Both the position numbers and the translations under genes were made by a program. The notes beneath the pieces are model-generated. The model was not told where the DNA came from, made no database searches, and saw nothing but the letters and a program-made list of their open reading frames with translations. A DNA stretch of 64,000 nt from Lama guanicoe (Eukaryota): positions 24,306,433-24,370,432 of the forward strand of contig MU054187.1 in assembly GCA_013239625.1 (NCBI GenBank). Direction: 5' to 3'. Below are positions 25,622-39,397 of the stretch, piece after piece. Position 1 is the first letter of the stretch. Each line of letters starts with the position of its first letter.

Positions 25622-27384
25622 AATCATATTTCTAAAACTCATAAAATGCATCCATAGTGCAGCAGAGTTCTTATGTTGTCTGTGCATTCTAATGTGCACA
25701 AAGATTTTAATATTCTAAGTGTCAATTATCTGTACTTGAGACTAATGTAGGCCTATTATTAATTAGTACATTCTGGCTCTAAATTAAAATTAATCAATCA
25801 TTATTCCTGACTATTAATCAACACATATGAAATTATATTCTTCTAAATCAGTTAAAGTATTAAAACTTCATGGATGTAGTGTTTTGCAGAATATGACTGA
25901 ATTATTGGGGTAAGTATGTAAATAAGGTAGACTACAACTCTTTATATTATTACAACCTGAAAGAGCATAATATTCTTTAAGGTGCTTTTCGAAAGAAGAA
26001 CTTTTTTTAACTGAAAATCAACTTTTATTTTTAGCACATTCTAACTAATTTTTGTTCATATTATCAAGATGATTATATAAAAATTACAATAGAATGTCTA
26101 GCAGGATTCCTGACATGTAGTTGGTCCACAATATACGTTAAATATCACCTTTTCTATTCTTGCAGTTAAAATTTTTAAATTTTTTTTGATATAGAGACAG
26201 TTTTAAATTGAATTCTGGGGGAAATGATTCATTCCTTTTTAGTCTTGATCTCACATGTAAACTTTTATAGCTACTTATATCCAAAATACATGATGTTTTA
26301 AGTGTTCTCTTTTCTTTTGGAAAAATAAATATATAAGAAGCTTACAGTTCACATTCTCACTAATGATCAGATACTTGTAGTTAATTGGAAATAAAACTGT
26401 TAAAATTTTTGAAACAGAAATGCACACAAAAACCCGGTAATGTCAATGTTCCCACGTTGTGTAAGATAGGTGTTTTTTATGGCAATGTCAACAAACGTTC
26501 ATTTGACAAGGACACACATCAACTATTTTAAAAATGCTTTCTAAAATGCTCCAGGATGCTAAAGCTCCCTTGTGGAAAAAAAAAATAAGGGTTTAAGGGA
26601 AATTAACCTAAGCATTTCTCCAAGCCAATTTCCATTAGACAGCTATTCCAGAAGCATTATGTAATATCACTAAGAGCTCTGTTCTTGGGGGAAAAAATGC
26701 AGATGAACAACACAGATTTAAAATGACCAGCAGATCTTGCTGCTCCTCAGAGATTTTGCTAGCCAAAGATGATTAATCAAGTAAAGAATCGTATTGGTAA
26801 ACAACATTTTAAGGTTCAATACCGTAGGGATCTACAGAACATTATCATTTTTTAAAAATGGACACATATTGCCAATGGTCTCTAAATAAATGACAAATAA
26901 TCTTAGAATTTTAAATGAGCTGATCTTACGTGCCGTATGATCAGAACATTGGCTAAAGCTTTACAGCTCTCCAACTAGGAAACAATAAAAATGAACAATG
27001 AACTTAACGCTCGGTGGGTCAGGCCAGGCCTAAGAGTGCTTATTGCTAACAATTTCCTGGAGCACTAAAGAGCATTGCTGAATTTGCGGCTTTTTAAATC
27101 TAGGCAGCACTCTTGTTTTTGAGCAGCAATGGTTTCCTATTAGGAGGAATCAGATAAGAGTTTACTTTATGTTAAATAGTTTTGTGGTTTCCTGTTTTCC
27201 AAATTTCTATATAGTTCTAATTCACCTGAATATTTATTCATAGGTCATCTGAAGGGACAGAATAGCCTTAAGAATGCTGAAGAGGAGGAAGAGACCAACC
27301 TGAAAAATAGAAATTTTTCTGGGCTGGGTTACATGATACATTTTAATGTGGTTTATCTAATGTTTAGCATCCAGTCTTTAATCA

Positions 27385-27800
27385 GTGAATGTCTATTGAA
27401 CACATATAATGAATCAGTTCATTATGCTAGGTGCTGCAGATTAAAATATTGAGCAAAAACGAGACACAGTCCCTACCACTAGTGAACTTTAGTGACATCA
27501 TTGAGTAATATCAGAAAATTGCAACTCTGAGAAGTGCTAAGAAAGAGGTACGTGGAACTAAGAAAATGTTTAATAATACAAGCTGGCTTTATCAAAGAAG
27601 ATAAGGAGAGTTTCCCTGAGGAAATGGCAATTGCATAGTGATCTAAAGGCTATTAACCAGCCAAAGTGAGAAAGGGAGAGTTTCTAGGCAGATGGAATCA
27701 CTTATAAAAAGGTCAGGAGAAATCGGGGGTGACTGAATAAGCCTAAATTAGGAAGACCTTCCTGGGGAGGTCTTGGAAGGTAGGTCAGACACATGGTGAT
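27385..27800 (-). mobile_element. L2 fragment
   Basis: tgctaggtgctgcagat...gacacagtccctacc...tttccctgaggaaatggcaatt. Confidence 0.6.
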
Positions 27801-27989
27801 TAGTCCTTAAATGATAATAGAGGAGGCTCAGTATGAATGAGTAAGAGATTCTAATTCATAAATGACTCACAGACATGGTCGAGGTCTACCTTCTCTGTGC
27901 AGAAATTAGAGGCATTCTAAACCATCTCACAGAGAGGATGCAAAAAAGAAAATATGTGTTGCTTAGTTATTATAAAATATTGAGAATTA

Positions 27990-28330
27990 AGTAAATAAAG
28001 ACACAGGCATGTAAAAATAAAAATAAAATCTTTTTAACTCATAAAGAAAGATGTAAACAAATGGAAATACCAACCACGTTCTAGGTTGTGGAAATCGGTC
28101 ATGATTTTCACAAATGTGGCAAATCTTCCCATGAATGAGAGATAATATAGTCAAAACAGTGGTATAGGAATAAACCATTGAGTGAGTGGTATTGGAATAC
28201 AAATAAACAAATTGATCAGTGGAACATAATAGAAAGTTCACAAATAGACCTTAGTGTTTAAAGAAACATCGTAAATGATTGTCAATATACATGATTCAAA
28301 ATTCCAGGTATATTAAAGATTTAAATTCAT
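27990..28330 (+). mobile_element. Old L1 ORF2 fragment
   Basis: aaattgatcagtggaacataatagaaagttcacaaatagacc. Confidence 0.55.
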
Positions 28331-28719
28331 CTATCTGACTATTTACTCAGTATTTATTGAGGAACTACTGTGGCTTTTCTGGGAAGAGGGAGAAGATTGA
28401 CTAACTCTCTTTCTCATAGAACTTGAGTCTAGTGTGAGAGACAGATAATAATCTCAGTACCAAGAAAATAGATAATGATATAATATCAGTGCAAAGTCAC
28501 TGCAGTAGGGTAGCCACAGTGGCCCTTCTGAGGAGCAACATCTGAGCCGAGGCTCGAAGGAGTGAGTGTGAGAGAACATCTGGAGAAAGAGGCTCAGCTG
28601 TGGCAAAAAAAAAAAAAAATAGGAAAAGAAATTCTGTCAGTGTGCAAGGCTTTTGGGCATTAAAGCAGAAGAACATTTTTCTAAGTCTGCAAAGGAGAGC
28701 AGATCTTAAACTTCATAGC

Positions 28720-29955
28720 CAGATGTATTCCACACATACTACAGCACACTAATAAGGCTAGATTTAATCAAGTGGAAGCCATGAAAGACATGCCAGGAAG
28801 GCTGTGTTGTTGGGTTTATACACTGAGCCTCTGTTGTTGTTCTTTCTTTTCACGGGCCTAGTGCAAGAAACGTGGTGAGCAAAGATACACACTGTTGGCC
28901 TGGTTGTTGAGTGTCTCCCCTGCAGTGCAAGCTCCTCAGGACATCTAAACTAAGCTGACACCTAACAGTACATCCTCATACCTTTTCTTCATGTTGTTTT
29001 GTCTCCAATCTTCCAATCTCATTCTTCTCAGGTCCTCACCAATAACTGAGCCCTTCAACTCTGCCCAAGAGTACGTGTACAACCTTACATCAAACAACTG
29101 TTACCTCCTTATGAAGCTGATAATCAATTGTTTCTTCTGCACCTCTGCCCCACTGGAAGGATTTCCCTTTATCACTAACACTTTAGGAGAACAGAGGAGG
29201 CTTTATTGCAACACTAGTTTATTTTTTCAGCTCATGCCAAAATATTGAGGAGACCCACTGAAGGACTAAGTCTGGGTTTCTTCCTGCTATCAGCTGGTTG
29301 TAGGGAACTCCGATGAAAAGTGATGTTGCCTGAAAGAGAGACATTGACAGAGTTGAGTGACATGAAGGACTGACCCCCTGTTCATGAAGCTGGCACTTAC
29401 TAATGTGTCTGTATCATGCACCCTGGGTCCAGTCAAACCAGACTCTCTCCAAATGACTAAACAAAACACATGATGGATTACTGTTGTGTCCACCCAACCT
29501 GTGACCATGGTGGATCTGACAGATCTCAGTCACAACAAGAAGCTCTATTCTCACAGTAGCTTGATGCCCAGTGGCCCAGTTTTCAGTTGCTATTAGCTCG
29601 CAAGTGCTTGGCAGAAGCTCTTTTCCTAGTAGATAACTACTTCTCTTTGGCATAAGGAATACTCTTGCTCCATAAACTACTTCAGGGCTCTTTCGACCTC
29701 TGCACTCCTCTCACAGCTGTCAATATTCAAAATCACTTGACAAATGGACCAGAGAGGTATTCCTCCAAGATACGAAGAGTCCAACAGAAAAATTCACCTA
29801 GTTTTTAGTGGTAGGAAGTACAAAGTGAAATAATTTGTATTTTCCCTTCGGGAGCTGGCCCAGCATGATCACTGGACCCCTAAAGTCTTCACTAATTTGA
29901 CCCATCTCTGAATTATTGTAAAGGATAATCCCCATCTTCTGGAACTCATGTGTTT
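28720..29955 (-). mobile_element. ERV-L pol remnant (RT C-terminus, tether, RNase H, integrase start)
   Basis: ORF 29414-29653 SYLLGKELLPSTCELIATENWATGHQATVRIELLVV resembles ERV-L NYSPFEKQLLACYWALVETERLTMGHQVTMRPELPIM; colinear DNA landmarks ttaggggtccagtg, ggagttccctac, aagggaaatccttccagtgg, gattggaagattggagacaaa. Confidence 0.8.
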
Positions 29956-30199
29956 TATCAGGATATCAAAGAGAGAAAAATTAGGAGAGAAATTGGAGTT
30001 TTTTATGGCAGCTAATTTTAACCTTTAAATAATTTCTTTGTATGCTACTGTGGGGATCTTCCAGACATAATAACCTACACTGAGTTAGTAACTGGGTGAC
30101 CTGAGCATGCTATGATCTTTTTATTTCACATTTTGTAGAATATTTAATAAAACCATCCAATTTCATAATCTATAAAATGACCACTGCTTCGACACTTGC

Positions 30200-30860
30200 C
30201 CACATGCTAGATATTGCCTGAGTCAGCATGTGTGTATCATCACAATTCACCAAGAAGTCAGAGTTTTAGTAATTGTAGTGTTACTATTTAAGCCACCCTG
30301 CTCACCAGCAAAGTGTTCTTTGTTGTCATCTGATGGACAGTTGATGCATTTCCAGGATTCTAGTCTCAGAGTGTGCTCTCTAGGGAAACCACTAATACAA
30401 AATATCTTAATTTTGGTTGATCCAAAAGCAACTACTGAGATTAGGGCCTGATTGCAGACAGTTGATTTCAAATGCTCTTAGAAAGCACAAAGGAAGGAGT
30501 GAGGAAATGAGAAAAGAGAGAAAGAACAAAAAGTTGTACATTGATGAGTGGATTACCATGATGTGCAAATTGGCCTCAATCCTATGGGGGACCAACGGAA
30601 AAATCATTTAGAATTTGCCTCAGAATTTTCTGTCATGAATGGGGAAGCTGGAGTATTTATCCATCCAGTCCTGTGCTCTTATTTTTTTGAAAGATTGCTC
30701 CTGGAGGCATTAAATTCCTCACTTCCAGGCTGCCTTGTGAATGGACTACATAAATCCTTACAGAACTAGAGAAAGCTCTTAGAGACGCACAGAGACCTAG
30801 GCTCTTAAAGTCAGCATGTGTGTCATACGTGATGGACATCAGCAGTGTCTGGTGACTGTA
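30200..30860. mobile_element. Old ERVL-class LTR fragments (LTR16/LTR33/LTR40-like)
   Basis: tctcagagtgtgctctctagggaaacc and gattgctcctggaggcattaaattcctcacttccaggctgcc motifs. Confidence 0.5.
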
Positions 30861-31079
30861 AAACTTCACATTCTGCTTTTCTTCCAATTACAAAAAAAGA
30901 GAAACAATGGAAATCTCTGTCTATATATTCACATATTATTTGCTCACAGTTATACCCACAATTTTACTAGGCTCAGCAGACATTTCTTTGGAACTCTGCT
31001 GTTCACATCTTTTTCTCAGGGTCAGTGTCTCTCTTTCAGTCCCAAACTTTTTCAAACAGAACTCAAGCAATTTCATCAT

Positions 31080-31530
31080 TTGGCTGTAAACTACCTTTCA
31101 GCATCTCTGTCAACTATAACCTTCCACCCACATCACATCGTATTCAACTATTCATAAGTTTTCTGATAATCTAAGCACCACATGTCTTTGTTCACAGTGT
31201 TACCTAAGACTGGAACAGCCAGAATCCTTACCTCCACCACTCAATTCAATCGTGAAGTCTTCCCTTGCTGCCCCTGTCAGAACTGATCATCCATTATATT
31301 CCTGTTATGACATAATTCATGTGTCTCTATTGAGGACCTGTTACAATTGATTACACCAGTTTTTAGAAAAAAAGATAGTCTTTTTTTATTTCATTGTATA
31401 TATTATCTCTGTCTCTCCACCAATTAGGTCATTAGATATCTTTTTATATCTTCTCTGCAGTATCTGGTATGGTATGTTGAATATAAGGTGTACTCAATAA
31501 AGCATGTATAATTATGTATTGACTGAATGA
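31080..31530 (+). mobile_element. L2 3' region
   Basis: Ends ...gtactcaataaagcatg...gactgaatgaa. Confidence 0.6.
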
Positions 31531-32940
31531 AAGGCAAATCATATTTTCAAAAGGGAAGTGAGTATGAGCTGGTACATGTTGCCGTTAATCCCGCTGCATA
31601 CACCCTTGGGTCTTTGCCTGTGATGTCAGATAGAGATCAGGAGAATGACACTAATATCAGAAAAAGAGATAATGGCAGTTGTCACAGGGGCTGCCACTAG
31701 TTCAGGTGCGCTAGTTGGTGTTCAATGCCAGGAGAAGCCAGTGAAATTATTTAGATGCTGATGTTTTCAGCTGGCTAGAGGTACAGTGATCATCATGCCA
31801 AAAAGGCTGGCATCCTTCAGTGGTCGGAGAGAACTGGTTGGTCACTGAAGGACCATATGTCTTAAATAAGTAGTGAGACTTTATCCAAATCTTTGTTCAT
31901 CAAAGATGTCGAAAAGAAACAACCTGAAACATAATAACAACCAAATGGGGAAGCAGAAGGCTACTTTGCAAGCTTAAAACTATAAATGGAAAGTCAGTTG
32001 ATAGCTTTTACCAGTTTTCTATTTTCTCTTACTCAGTTGGAGAATCTAGAATCTTTATATTTGAAAGAAGTAAAACATTTTGAAACACAAGAACTCACAG
32101 ATTAAAAGACAAATTGGATTTCATTAAAATTTACTCAATATTGTTTCAGAAATTCAATTTATTAGAAACAGCTGCATTTGAAAACCCTCAGTTCAAAGTA
32201 AGTACTCAAAATATCTCAGTATTTAGTTTTCTCTTTTTAGGTTTAAAAACATATTCGATCTACTTAATAAAATCTAGTTAGCAAAAGATTAAGTCTGCTA
32301 ATATTAAAGGGTATGTTTCTGTTAAAATGTGGATATATATAGTTTAGTACAGATCTAGATTCTCCATTCAAATTCATATATTTAACATAAGTAAAGTTGT
32401 GGCAGCGCAAATTGACAAAACAATTGTCGGCTTGTTACATGTAGCATCCAGCTGCCTTAGAAAACTAGAAGAAGCTAAGTGCGTTATACAAAATGCCAGA
32501 TCAGAAAAGAGTCAAAGGATTTAAAAAAGCACACACAGGCATCATACCATGACAGTGTTGACAAGAGCACAAGAAAAGGGAAATACCCAGATTCCAACCC
32601 ATTTATAAATATTGTTTTAATTCTTGAATGAACTCTTGCCCCTGGAATTCAACTGGTACTACAGAAACTAATTCATAAATTTTCCAACATTCCCTAAAGT
32701 AGGTCATTCATTTCTAAGAGTCCTAGCAAATATTTTGAAAAAAAAATAGAAGGAAATATTTCTAATTGCACAAAATTAAAGTTGAGGTCTGACATAATAA
32801 AATCAAAGAAAAAACACAAAATGTTTACTTTAAATAATGTAGTTTGTGTCCACATGTATCAATTTACTTATCTCAAATGGAAAATAAAAGTAGAAAAGAA
32901 AACTGAATGGTCCATTATAAGTAAAACCAAATGATCATCT

Positions 32941-34271
32941 TTTCTTTTTTTTTTAACTTTTTATTGAAGTGTATTTGATTTACAATGTTAGTTTCAGGCA
33001 TACAGCAAAGTGATTCAGTTACACATATATGTATATATATATATTTTCTTTTCAGATAATTTTAAATTACATGTTATTACAAGAAACTGAATATCATTCC
33101 CTGTGCTATACAGTAGGTCCTTGTTACCTATCAATTCTCTGTATAGTAATGTGTATCTGTTAGTCCCCAACCCCTCATTTATCCCTCCCCACCCTTTCTC
33201 GTTTTTGTCTGATTCCACCTATAAGTGATATCATATGATATTTGTCTTTCTCTGTCTCACTTACTTCACTCAATATGATAATCTCTGGGTCCATTCATGT
33301 AGCTGCAAATGGCATTATTTCATTCTTTTCTTTTCTTTTTTTTGGCTGAATAGTATTCTAATATGTATATATATGTATGTGTGTGTGTATGTATATATAC
33401 ACACACCACATCTTCTTTATCCATTCATCTGTTGATTGACATTTAGGTTGTTTCCGTGTGTTGGCTATTGCAAATAGTGCTGCTATGAACATTCTGGTGC
33501 ATATGTCTTTTCGAATTACAGTTTTCTCTAGATACATGCCCAGGAGTGGGATTGCTGAATCATATGGTAAGTCTACTTTTAGTTTTTTAAGGAACCTCCA
33601 TACTATCCTCCATAGTGGCTGCACCAATTTACATTCCGATGAGCAGTGAAGGAGGGTCCCTTTTCCCCCACACCCTCCCCAGGATTTAGTGTTTGTAGGC
33701 TTTTTATTGACGACCATTCTGACTGTGTGAGGTGATAGGTCATTATAGTTTCGATTTGTATTTCTCTAATAATTAGTGACATTGACCATCTTTTCATGTG
33801 TCTATTGACGATCTGGATGTCTTCTTTGGAGAAATGTCTGTTTAGGTCATCTGCCCATTTTTGATTGTGTTACTTGTTTTTTTGATATTAAGCTGTATGA
33901 GCTGTTTGTATATTTTGGAAATTAGTCCCTTGTTGGTCATGTCATTTGCAAATATTTTCTCCCATTCTATAGGGTGTCTTCATTTTATTTATGGTTTCTT
34001 TTTCTGTGCAAAATCTTTTAATTAGGTCCCATTTGTTTATTTTTTTTTTATTTCCATTACTGTAGGAGCTGGTTCAAAAAAATTATTGCTGAAATTTATG
34101 CCAAGGAGTGTTCTGCCTATGTTTTCCTCTGGAGTTTTATAGTATTATCTAGTCTTACATTCAGTTCTTTAATCCATTTTGAGTTTATTTTTGTATATGG
34201 TTCAAATGTTCAATTTTTCTTGTTCAAATTTTATTCTTTTACATGTAGCTGTTCGGTTATTCCAGCAACAC
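32941..34271 (-). mobile_element. 5'-truncated L1 (ORF2 C-terminus, 3' UTR, poly-T)
   Basis: ORF 33358-33717 [31 protein letters not shown]...DEWIKKMW; ttttattgaagtgta and T tail at left. Confidence 0.95.
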
Positions 34272-34959
34272 TCATCCTTGTTTTCTAATATTAAATGATC
34301 TACTGATAGTTAAAATTGACATTATGACTGGGCTATATGCAGGGAAGGTATTATGTTTTAGTTTTATTCATTCAATATTGCAAAGTTACTCTATAGGTAA
34401 ATCCTCATGGTTCCGCATACCTGGAGAGTAAATGTTCCACATGTTTTATTATGAAGCAAGTGTGCAGAGGATAATTTGCCCAAGAGTCCTCAGAAGTGGG
34501 CCCAGAACTAGAAACCAGTTTTTGGTATTACCTTTCAGTCCCTAGATCTTTCCACTAATCAAGATCATCTTTGAGAAGAAATTAAAAAAACACTTGCAAC
34601 TAATTTCTTCAGTGTATTTTGAGATGTTGATTTCAAATTAAGTAATTATTTATTCTAACTACCTATGGGAGTCATAGCTAAACTAGCAAGACCGAAGTAG
34701 CGATAGTTTCCTTTGTTTCCTCCTCATGTCCACCATCAGTCCTCCCCAGACCCCACATCCTCTAGCCTTATGACCACTAGAGATATCTTTTCATACCCTG
34801 ACTCTTACCCTTTCCTAGATGTTAACTATCTATGACTGTACATAGATGTTAGCTAAAAATGTTTCCTATTTAAATTTCATACAAGTCTAAAACAAGCAAA
34901 AACCATTAAGATTCAAATAAGTCAGCTTGAAATGGTGCAATTTTTTGATTAATTATTTT

Positions 34960-35420
34960 TTTCTTCCAATTTTATTGAGATATAATTGACATATAGCACT
35001 GTATAAATTTAAGGTGACAGATTAATGATTTGACTTAACATACATCATGGAATTTTTACCATAATAAGTTTAGTAAATATCCATCATCTCATATAAATAC
35101 AAAATGAATAAAATAGAAAAAAAATAGTTTTTCATGTGATGAGAACTCAGGATTTACTCTCTTAATGGCATTCATATACAACACTTAGCAGTGTTAATTT
35201 GTTATGTTGTACATTGCATCCTTAGTACTTATTAATCTTAAAACTGGACACTAGCATCTTTGGATGTCTTCATCTAATTATCCTTCCCCCCATCCTCCTC
35301 CACCCCTGGTAACCACAGATCTCTCTTTTTCTATGAGTTTGTTTATTTGTTTGTTTGTTTTTTGGTTGCTTCTGAAGTATAATTGACTTACACCACCATG
35401 TTAGTGTTTAACACAAGATG
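34960..35420 (-). mobile_element. L1MA9-like 3' UTR fragment
   Basis: ttttattgagatataattgacatatagcactgtataaatttaaggtg...ctggtaaccac. Confidence 0.8.
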
Positions 35421-37998
35421 GTCTATGAGCATATTTTGGATAGAAGATTCTATCTTAATACTTCTTAGTCAAAAAATGAGAAGAGTACAATTGGTATGAA
35501 AATTTAATGTCATAGTCATTTTCACAATTTGTGATTTACCACATAAGAACTGGTAATGCCTCTGCATCGAATAAATTCACCCATTTAAGGCATTAGAACA
35601 GAATTTGAAACATGGTAAACACTTCATAATTGTTAGCTATTAACTCTGACAGCTGTTCAACATTCCATTGGTTTGTTTTATTTTTTTTTGCAATTATAGC
35701 AGTTATACATTCATTCCATAAATATGCAAAGCCAAACGGAAACATCTAAAGTAAAGTAAAATGACCCCTTTTGTCATGCTGAATAATATTGTATTCACAG
35801 GTTAATAGAGAAAGATTCAACATCTATACAATGTGAGATTTTGTTATTCAAGAACAAGAAATGCTTTCCTATTCCATACCTAGGCTTAGTAAAATTTCAC
35901 ATGACATCATTTATATGACAAATCTAAAAAGTAATAACAGTAATAATGACACAAATGAACTAATTATTATGTTGGTTTCTTGAATATGTGTGAGCACATT
36001 TGACTGCCCTTCCTGTTGGAATACCGCATTCTGTTGATTCTTATTTTGTAGTTGGCTTTATTCCTTTGATAACTATATAAGTTTAAAAAGCTGAAGATCT
36101 AATCTGTTCTTAGAAAAAATAATCAGTACATATATGTAAACTAAAAAAATACATAGCATACTGTATACATGTATTTATATGCAATATAATGTGTATGTGC
36201 AGCTGAACTGTAATAATTTTACCTAATAAAACTGAAAAAGGAGGAAAAAATCAAAACAATTGACATAGTAGGAAATGAAGTGTGTAGTCACCCCACCTCT
36301 TAGCCTTAAGAGAAGAGACGTGTTCGTTGACTCTGCAGATTTAGTCTTGTGATGTTTTGATGTGGTGTCACAAAACTGTCAGGAGACTAAGTTATGTATA
36401 AAATCTGGTGAAATATTCAGTAAAAAAAAAAATAAAACAATACAAAATAAAATAAAATAAAATAAATTGAAATCATAAAAAAGTGAAATAATAAATTATA
36501 TTTTTTCATGGAAGTTCTACACATTCCTTATTAAACTTATTCTATTTATTTTATGTTGTTTGGTGCTATTTAAAACAGTATATTTTACATTTCCTAACGA
36601 TTGTTGTTTGTAAATAGGAAAACTTGTTATTTTTTATATGTTATTTTTCATACTGAATTTTCTTATGGTTTATAAATATGTTTTAGTCAACTCTCGTGTA
36701 TGATTGCAAGAGATGTTATGTTTTAGTAATGTGTATGCTAATGAATTTGTATTTTCCTCTGAACAGATACTTAGTGATATACCATAAACTATGATATCCA
36801 GTGTTTTCTTTTTTCTTGTTTTCTAGATATTTCTAAGTTTCTGCTTTGAACTTCTGCTGAGACAAAAGTTGTTTAACAGAGAAGTTTTTCATTTGTTTGT
36901 TTTTCTTCTTAACTTTAAGGTAGTTGAAGTTTTAAGTCCCTGTTTTTGATATTTATTTTTACTTTTTTAGTCATTCATGGTCTATACCATTTTTATTGGA
37001 ATTTGTTGATATTATTTTGAGGGCTAGTATTTGGTCAAATTTTACAAATGTGATTTCCAATAAACTAGTCTCAGAACTCAGGGTATGGATTTGGTGTGTT
37101 TACCAAAGCTACTTTATTCACCATCTATCTACATTCTATGTGCCTAAGTATTTTTGACTACTTCATTTGTCATATTAAATTTCCAGCAGCGTTTGCTTTA
37201 TGAATATGCTCTCCTGGGGCACATTGAGATTTATGACACAGCTTCCTCATGACTCCTCTTTACCTTGCTGAACATGTTCTGTCTTCAAGTCAACCTGTCT
37301 CATGCTTGTCTTTGTGTTTCTCTGGTGTATTGTTGGCCTTCCTTTTCATTCAGCCTTTACTTTGTTCCTTTTTTTTTTTTTAATTTACCATACTCAGTCC
37401 TACTTTACACTGTTGAAAACTAATTTCAATTAAACTACACGTCCATGAGGCTGGGTACAATATGTTTCTTTCAGCCTTGTAGTACCTGTAATTAACACAG
37501 TGTCTGGTGTTTAATAATCATTTTTGAAGACTTTGGAAGCACTTTAGATCAGCTCTGAATAAAGCATATTGTTAGATTCTTTTAAATCCAATCTTAGAGT
37601 CTCTTTTTTTTAAATAACTGATGAGCATTTTCATTTATTGATATGACAGATATGTTTCATCTGTTTGATACCTATGGTTGATTTTATATATATATTACTT
37701 TTTGTTTAGCAGCTCCTTCATTTTCCAGCTTTTACTGAATGATTTCTGTTTTCTTGGAATGTGTTGAAAAGGATTTTTCTTCTGTTAGTTAGTTTGCATC
37801 CTATTTGAAATATTTTAGTGGCAACATCTGTCAGTTTTAATAGTATTTTAGCTTTTATTTTTTGGCTAATATTTGAAAGTATTTTTCCTCCACCATGAAA
37901 GATAGTAAAATTCACACACTTGTATTTTTGTCCACCTTGCCTTCCCCTCATGAATTTTATAACATTAATATGATATACTTTCAAAGCATACAAGTTTT

Positions 37999-38117
37999 TA
38001 TTGAAGTGTATAGCACAGGAAATTATATTCAATGTCTTGTAGTGGCCTATAATGAAAGAGAATATGAAAACGAATTTATGTGTGTGTACGTGTGAATGAA
38101 CCATTATGTTGTACACC
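37999..38117 (-). mobile_element. Micro L1 insertion with 5' inversion (twin priming)
   Basis: Minus-strand 3' end (ttattgaagtgta) joined to a plus-oriented 3' UTR piece; TSD aaagcatacaagtttt / aaagtatataactttt (13/16). Confidence 0.8.
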
Positions 38118-38249
38118 AAAGTATATAACTTTTATAGTATATTGTAAATATGTAACATCCACAGTTCCACAGTTAAATGGATTCAGTGTCCATTCCTGGT
38201 CCTTTCACAACACTACTTCTACACTCTTGAGTTCATTATGTTTTCTTCA

Positions 38250-38920
38250 AATTTTTTATTTGGAAAAATTTTAAACCTATGGAAAATTAAAATAACAAAG
38301 CAATGAATAGCTATATACTCTTCACTTAGGTTCACAAATATTATGCTACCACATAGTTTTATCCAGGTACAGTCCTTTTGCTCTATCTTTATTTATGCAT
38401 TTATTTATTTATGGACATCACTTTATCCTAAATACTTTAGTGCATCCCCTAAGAATAAAGACCTTCCAACATAGCCACAATCTTACTATTCATAATATTT
38501 ATATCCAACCCATATTCAAATGTCTTTAATTGCTTCAAAATATATTTGGTAGTTTTGTTGAAGTTGTTCCAGGATACAGTCCAGATTCATAGACATATTT
38601 TTTTTCCACTATTTCCCTTAGGGTTCTTTTATTCTAAAGCAGAATGACAAATTGTTTTAGTAACATTGACTTTTTGAAGATCCAGGCCAGTTTTCAGCTA
38701 GAATGTTTCAGATTCTGGACTTATCCAGTTATTTCTTGTGAATTTAAATTGCTCTTCTATCCCCTATATTCCAATAATTTATTTCTACACAATTGATTTG
38801 ATTCAGATTAAACATTTTGGTAAGTATATTTTATGTGATGTTGTTTCCTTTATATTGCATCACATCCAGAAGCACATAATGTACATTGCCCCACTCTTTA
38901 TTTTAATCTGTCACTGGATG
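38250..38920 (-). mobile_element. L1MC4/5-like 3' fragment
   Basis: ttttatttggaaaaattttaaacctatggaaaatt...cctaagaataaag...acattgactttttgaagatccaggccag. Confidence 0.7.
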
Positions 38921-38926
38921 AGATGG

Positions 38927-39397
38927 TGTAGGGCTGCACCCTGCAGGCCTACAAGGCCCGTCTAAACCAGCTTCAGGACCAAAGAAAGAGCCCAGAGTCA
39001 GCAACAGTGCATCAGTGGTTGAATAGATAGGGGGAGCTTACGCATCTAAACAATGTCCTGGAGAGATACTGCATCACATGTGGCAGATGGTGGGGAAGGG
39101 CATGGTGGCAGCCTTTGCTCTGGGGCTTGGGGGAAGGTTACCAACTACAGGGGAAATTGAAGTTAGCTTGTCTCATTGGTTACCAGGGAAACCAGTAGAG
39201 GGGCATGCCCCTCACTACCCCTTTGATAATCATAGTGGAGTGTTCTGATCTAAAGCTAACATAATCATTAGCTGGGGCTTGGGGCAAGTGTGTAAGAGGT
39301 CGGTCATGTGAGCAGGGTATAGGTGAAGCAGGTGCTGGTGGAACAGGGGATGTACAGAGAACAAGAGAACAGTCGTCTTGAGCAGAATGATCATACA
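38927..39397 (-). mobile_element. Solo LTR of a lineage-specific ERV
   Basis: TG...CA termini; 5-bp TSD GATGG/GATGA; GC-richer than flanks; orientation tentative. Confidence 0.75.

Noticed and set aside
32395..32523. Stop-free plus-strand stretch VVAAQIDKTIVGLLHVASSCLRKLEEAKCVIQNARSEKSQRI
   Set aside because: No convincing splice sites or start codon and no recognisable homology; length is compatible with chance.
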